This document shows, piece by piece, positions 61,564 through 64,000 of a stretch of DNA of 64,000 nt. The notes beneath the pieces are model-generated. The model was not told where the DNA came from. It did no database searches and worked only from the letters and a program-made list of their open reading frames with translations. This DNA comes from Tubulanus polymorphus (Eukaryota; Animalia; Nemertea), in NCBI RefSeq assembly GCF_964204645.1, contig NC_134027.1, positions 17,508,560-17,572,559 of the forward strand, given 5' to 3'. A program made the position numbers and the translations under genes. Every line of letters begins with the position of its first letter. Positions within the stretch are counted from its first letter, which is position 1.

Positions 61564-62849
61564 TTATGATATAATTAATTGTCATTCTTTGTGTGATGTT
61601 ATGGCTTGTCCGTAGTGATCCCGTGTAAGCATGGGCATCGTGTGCAATGGGAAGCAGAGCGTTTTGCTTGCTCGCCATCACTCTATGCGCGATGGAGTCG
61701 GTCTTGGTCTTACTGGCGGAATAGTTGGCAAAGTGGCTGGCGCAGTACCGCAGCTCTGACTCGGGTTCCCGATTCGGATCATTTCTGTAATAGGGACCGA
61801 ATCTACTCGTACCATATGTATTACATCCCTATATCCTTATCTGATAAAATTTGAACTTTGTCAAGCATCTCATATCTCAGAAGGCTGTGGTAAACCTCTT
61901 GGCCCATGGGCAATTATTAGGATTTACTATCTGTTGGCCCTTGAAATGCAAGCCATTCGCTAGAGTCAATTCTTGCCTAAATGCATAATAAGCAGGAGCA
62001 TCCCATAGTCAGTAACCTGTCTGTGGTTTAGTTTCATGATCGATATTTTCACAAACTACAGTCAGGAATGGGAAGGTCATTTTTCAATGAAATCTTCGTG
62101 AGTCAATTTGACTCGCGAGTAATTTGCCTGGCATTTTCTGGTCTTTTGAGATATCTGTCTAATTTTTGTTGTAATCAACGCACGACAGATTTGTACTTTG
62201 TTTGATACCTATAACACCTCACCTGACGATCTTAATCCATGTGCAAATGGGCCTTAAAGTGAGAGTAAATTTCCGTCAATTCAATTGCGGCCATTTTGAA
62301 AACTTGTGGAGGGTGCTGGCACCTGTGGACTGAGGCCAGGACAACAGCACAAACTAATAAAACGAAACGACGAAATAGAAAAAATTAAGAAATCAACACT
62401 ATTTCACATTTTTCTTCATCCAGAATTTATGATTTCATTATTTATCATGGAAAGCACGAAAGATTTGAAATACATGTTGGAAAACCATCAAAAATAAAAA
62501 TTGTCGTTTCGTCTTGGAAGTTTTATATAAATCCTTGTAGGTCACCTTGGTTATCATGCCATATGTATGCAATACAGAGAAATGGTGGCCAATGGCGGAA
62601 TTTGAGGAGAAATTACATGATTTCTCAAAATAATGTTGATTAATCGCTCAAAACATTCATAAATTTTGAATATTTCGAAAGGTACCTGTGTTAGTTTGTG
62701 AATTAGGCCATTATTTGTGGACTGAAGTGAATAGAAAGTATATTTTGTGTTAGTTTGTTCAACCATGTTTTGGCCCTTGTCATCCCTAACGTTGGTATAA
62801 GCCCATCCGATTATAAAAAGCTTACCACCAACGATTAGGTAACTAACTA

Positions 62850-64000
62850 GAGCATCCCAATGCAATTGCAAATTGACCCCGATTTGGTGTGGTGGGGATA
62901 CCACGTCCCATCTAAATGGGCCTTCACTGTCCTGACTACATGGTCGCCTACGATCTCCATCGCCTTCCTGCGGTAGTGTATACCCACAAAGTCATTGTCA
63001 GCTAGGTCAGGGTGGTCGATATGGGTGAAACCTGCTCTTACTGAGTCGACATTTATGCGGTCCGTCATGTATTCGTGAACTACATAACATTTCAGGGCAG
63101 CATGATCCGTGCATACCAGAAATGGTTTGCCCAGAAGGTAGTTTCAGAAGTAAATGATCATGTCGACCTCGGTTTCAGTTTCATACCCGCAGCCCAGAAA
63201 CATGAGAAAACCTCAGCCAATTTGTCAAGGTGAGATGTAAGGTCTGCCGATTGGACGATAACATCATCCAGGTAAATCAGGGCAGTCTTCCAGGAAACTC
63301 TAACCAGGGCCATAGACATCAGGCAAGTGAAACATGCCAGCATGTTGGTCACACCAAAAGGCATCACATTCCACTCATACATCTTATTCTCCAGAAAAAC
63401 GCAGTCTTGTATTTATCCTCCTCTTTGGTGGGAACCTGCCAATATCCACTAGTCAGATCAAAGGTAGAAAACCAAGACGAACCAGACAAGTTCTTAAGCA
63501 GGCCATCTATAAGACCGAGCGGTGGACTATCCTTGATAGTACAATCGTTCAGCTTCCTATAGTCACAACAAAGTCTAAGGTTACCGTCAGCTTTACTTGC
63601 AAGTACAATTGGGCTTGCCCAAGCAGTACTGGAGGGGCGAATTAGGGCGTGCTCCAGTATAGCTCTCCAGTGTACCCCTCAACAAATTCCCGACGACCAG
63701 GGGAAGTCTCCATGGTTGCTGTTTTCCCGGCTTTGAATCTCCTGTTGAGGCTGGGCACGTTTAACTACTCTAGTAGGGACTCAAAGTGTTGCCCCCACCA
63801 GGCGGAACAATGTCCCGTTTACAACTCCCATTGGCAACCGTAAGAATCTCCACAGACTGCAGTAGGTTGAAACAGCCAATTGGCTCACCATGCCTGACCC
63901 TTAGCGGCGCGTCCGAGAAGTTTGCTATCCTTACCCCGTTGTATCCTGTTGTTCTGCGGTGTGACCAAGGTCTTACCCGTGCAGAATTGAGTACGCTTAC
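62850..64000 (-). mobile_element. pol: Internally deleted Gypsy pol relic running off the window
   Basis: DLTSGYWQVP, WNVMPFG, IYLDDVIV and MKLKP (RT) fused directly to YLLGKPFLVCTDHAAL (RNase H). Confidence 0.85.

Noticed and set aside
62218-62240. Another hammerhead suggested by cctgacgat
   Set aside because: No stem II or GAAA box follows.

Overview
AT-rich eukaryotic DNA, most likely from an invertebrate bilaterian (an inference from the TE repertoire), not prokaryotic. Seven phase-compatible + strand exons (14778-58254) of an incomplete host gene encode divergent CUB-like domains followed by an LDL-receptor class A module. The introns, one about 29 kb, are packed with nested transposons. 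These include a full-length BEL/Pao LTR retrotransposon (7019-13475) and a TTAA-flanked Kolobok DNA transposon with a head-to-head DDE transposase and KolX/P2X7-ballast-like gene (40972-47633). A young Penelope-like element with inverted pseudo-LTRs and hammerhead ribozymes is inserted in the Kolobok. Also present are a second decayed Penelope, two Gypsy relics, piggyBac-, Harbinger- and CACTA-like MITEs, a foldback element, and many non-autonomous Helentron-like elements. The tandem cores of the Helentron-like elements carry a CTCF-consensus-like motif about every 140-155 bp. All calls were made by eye, with no database searches.
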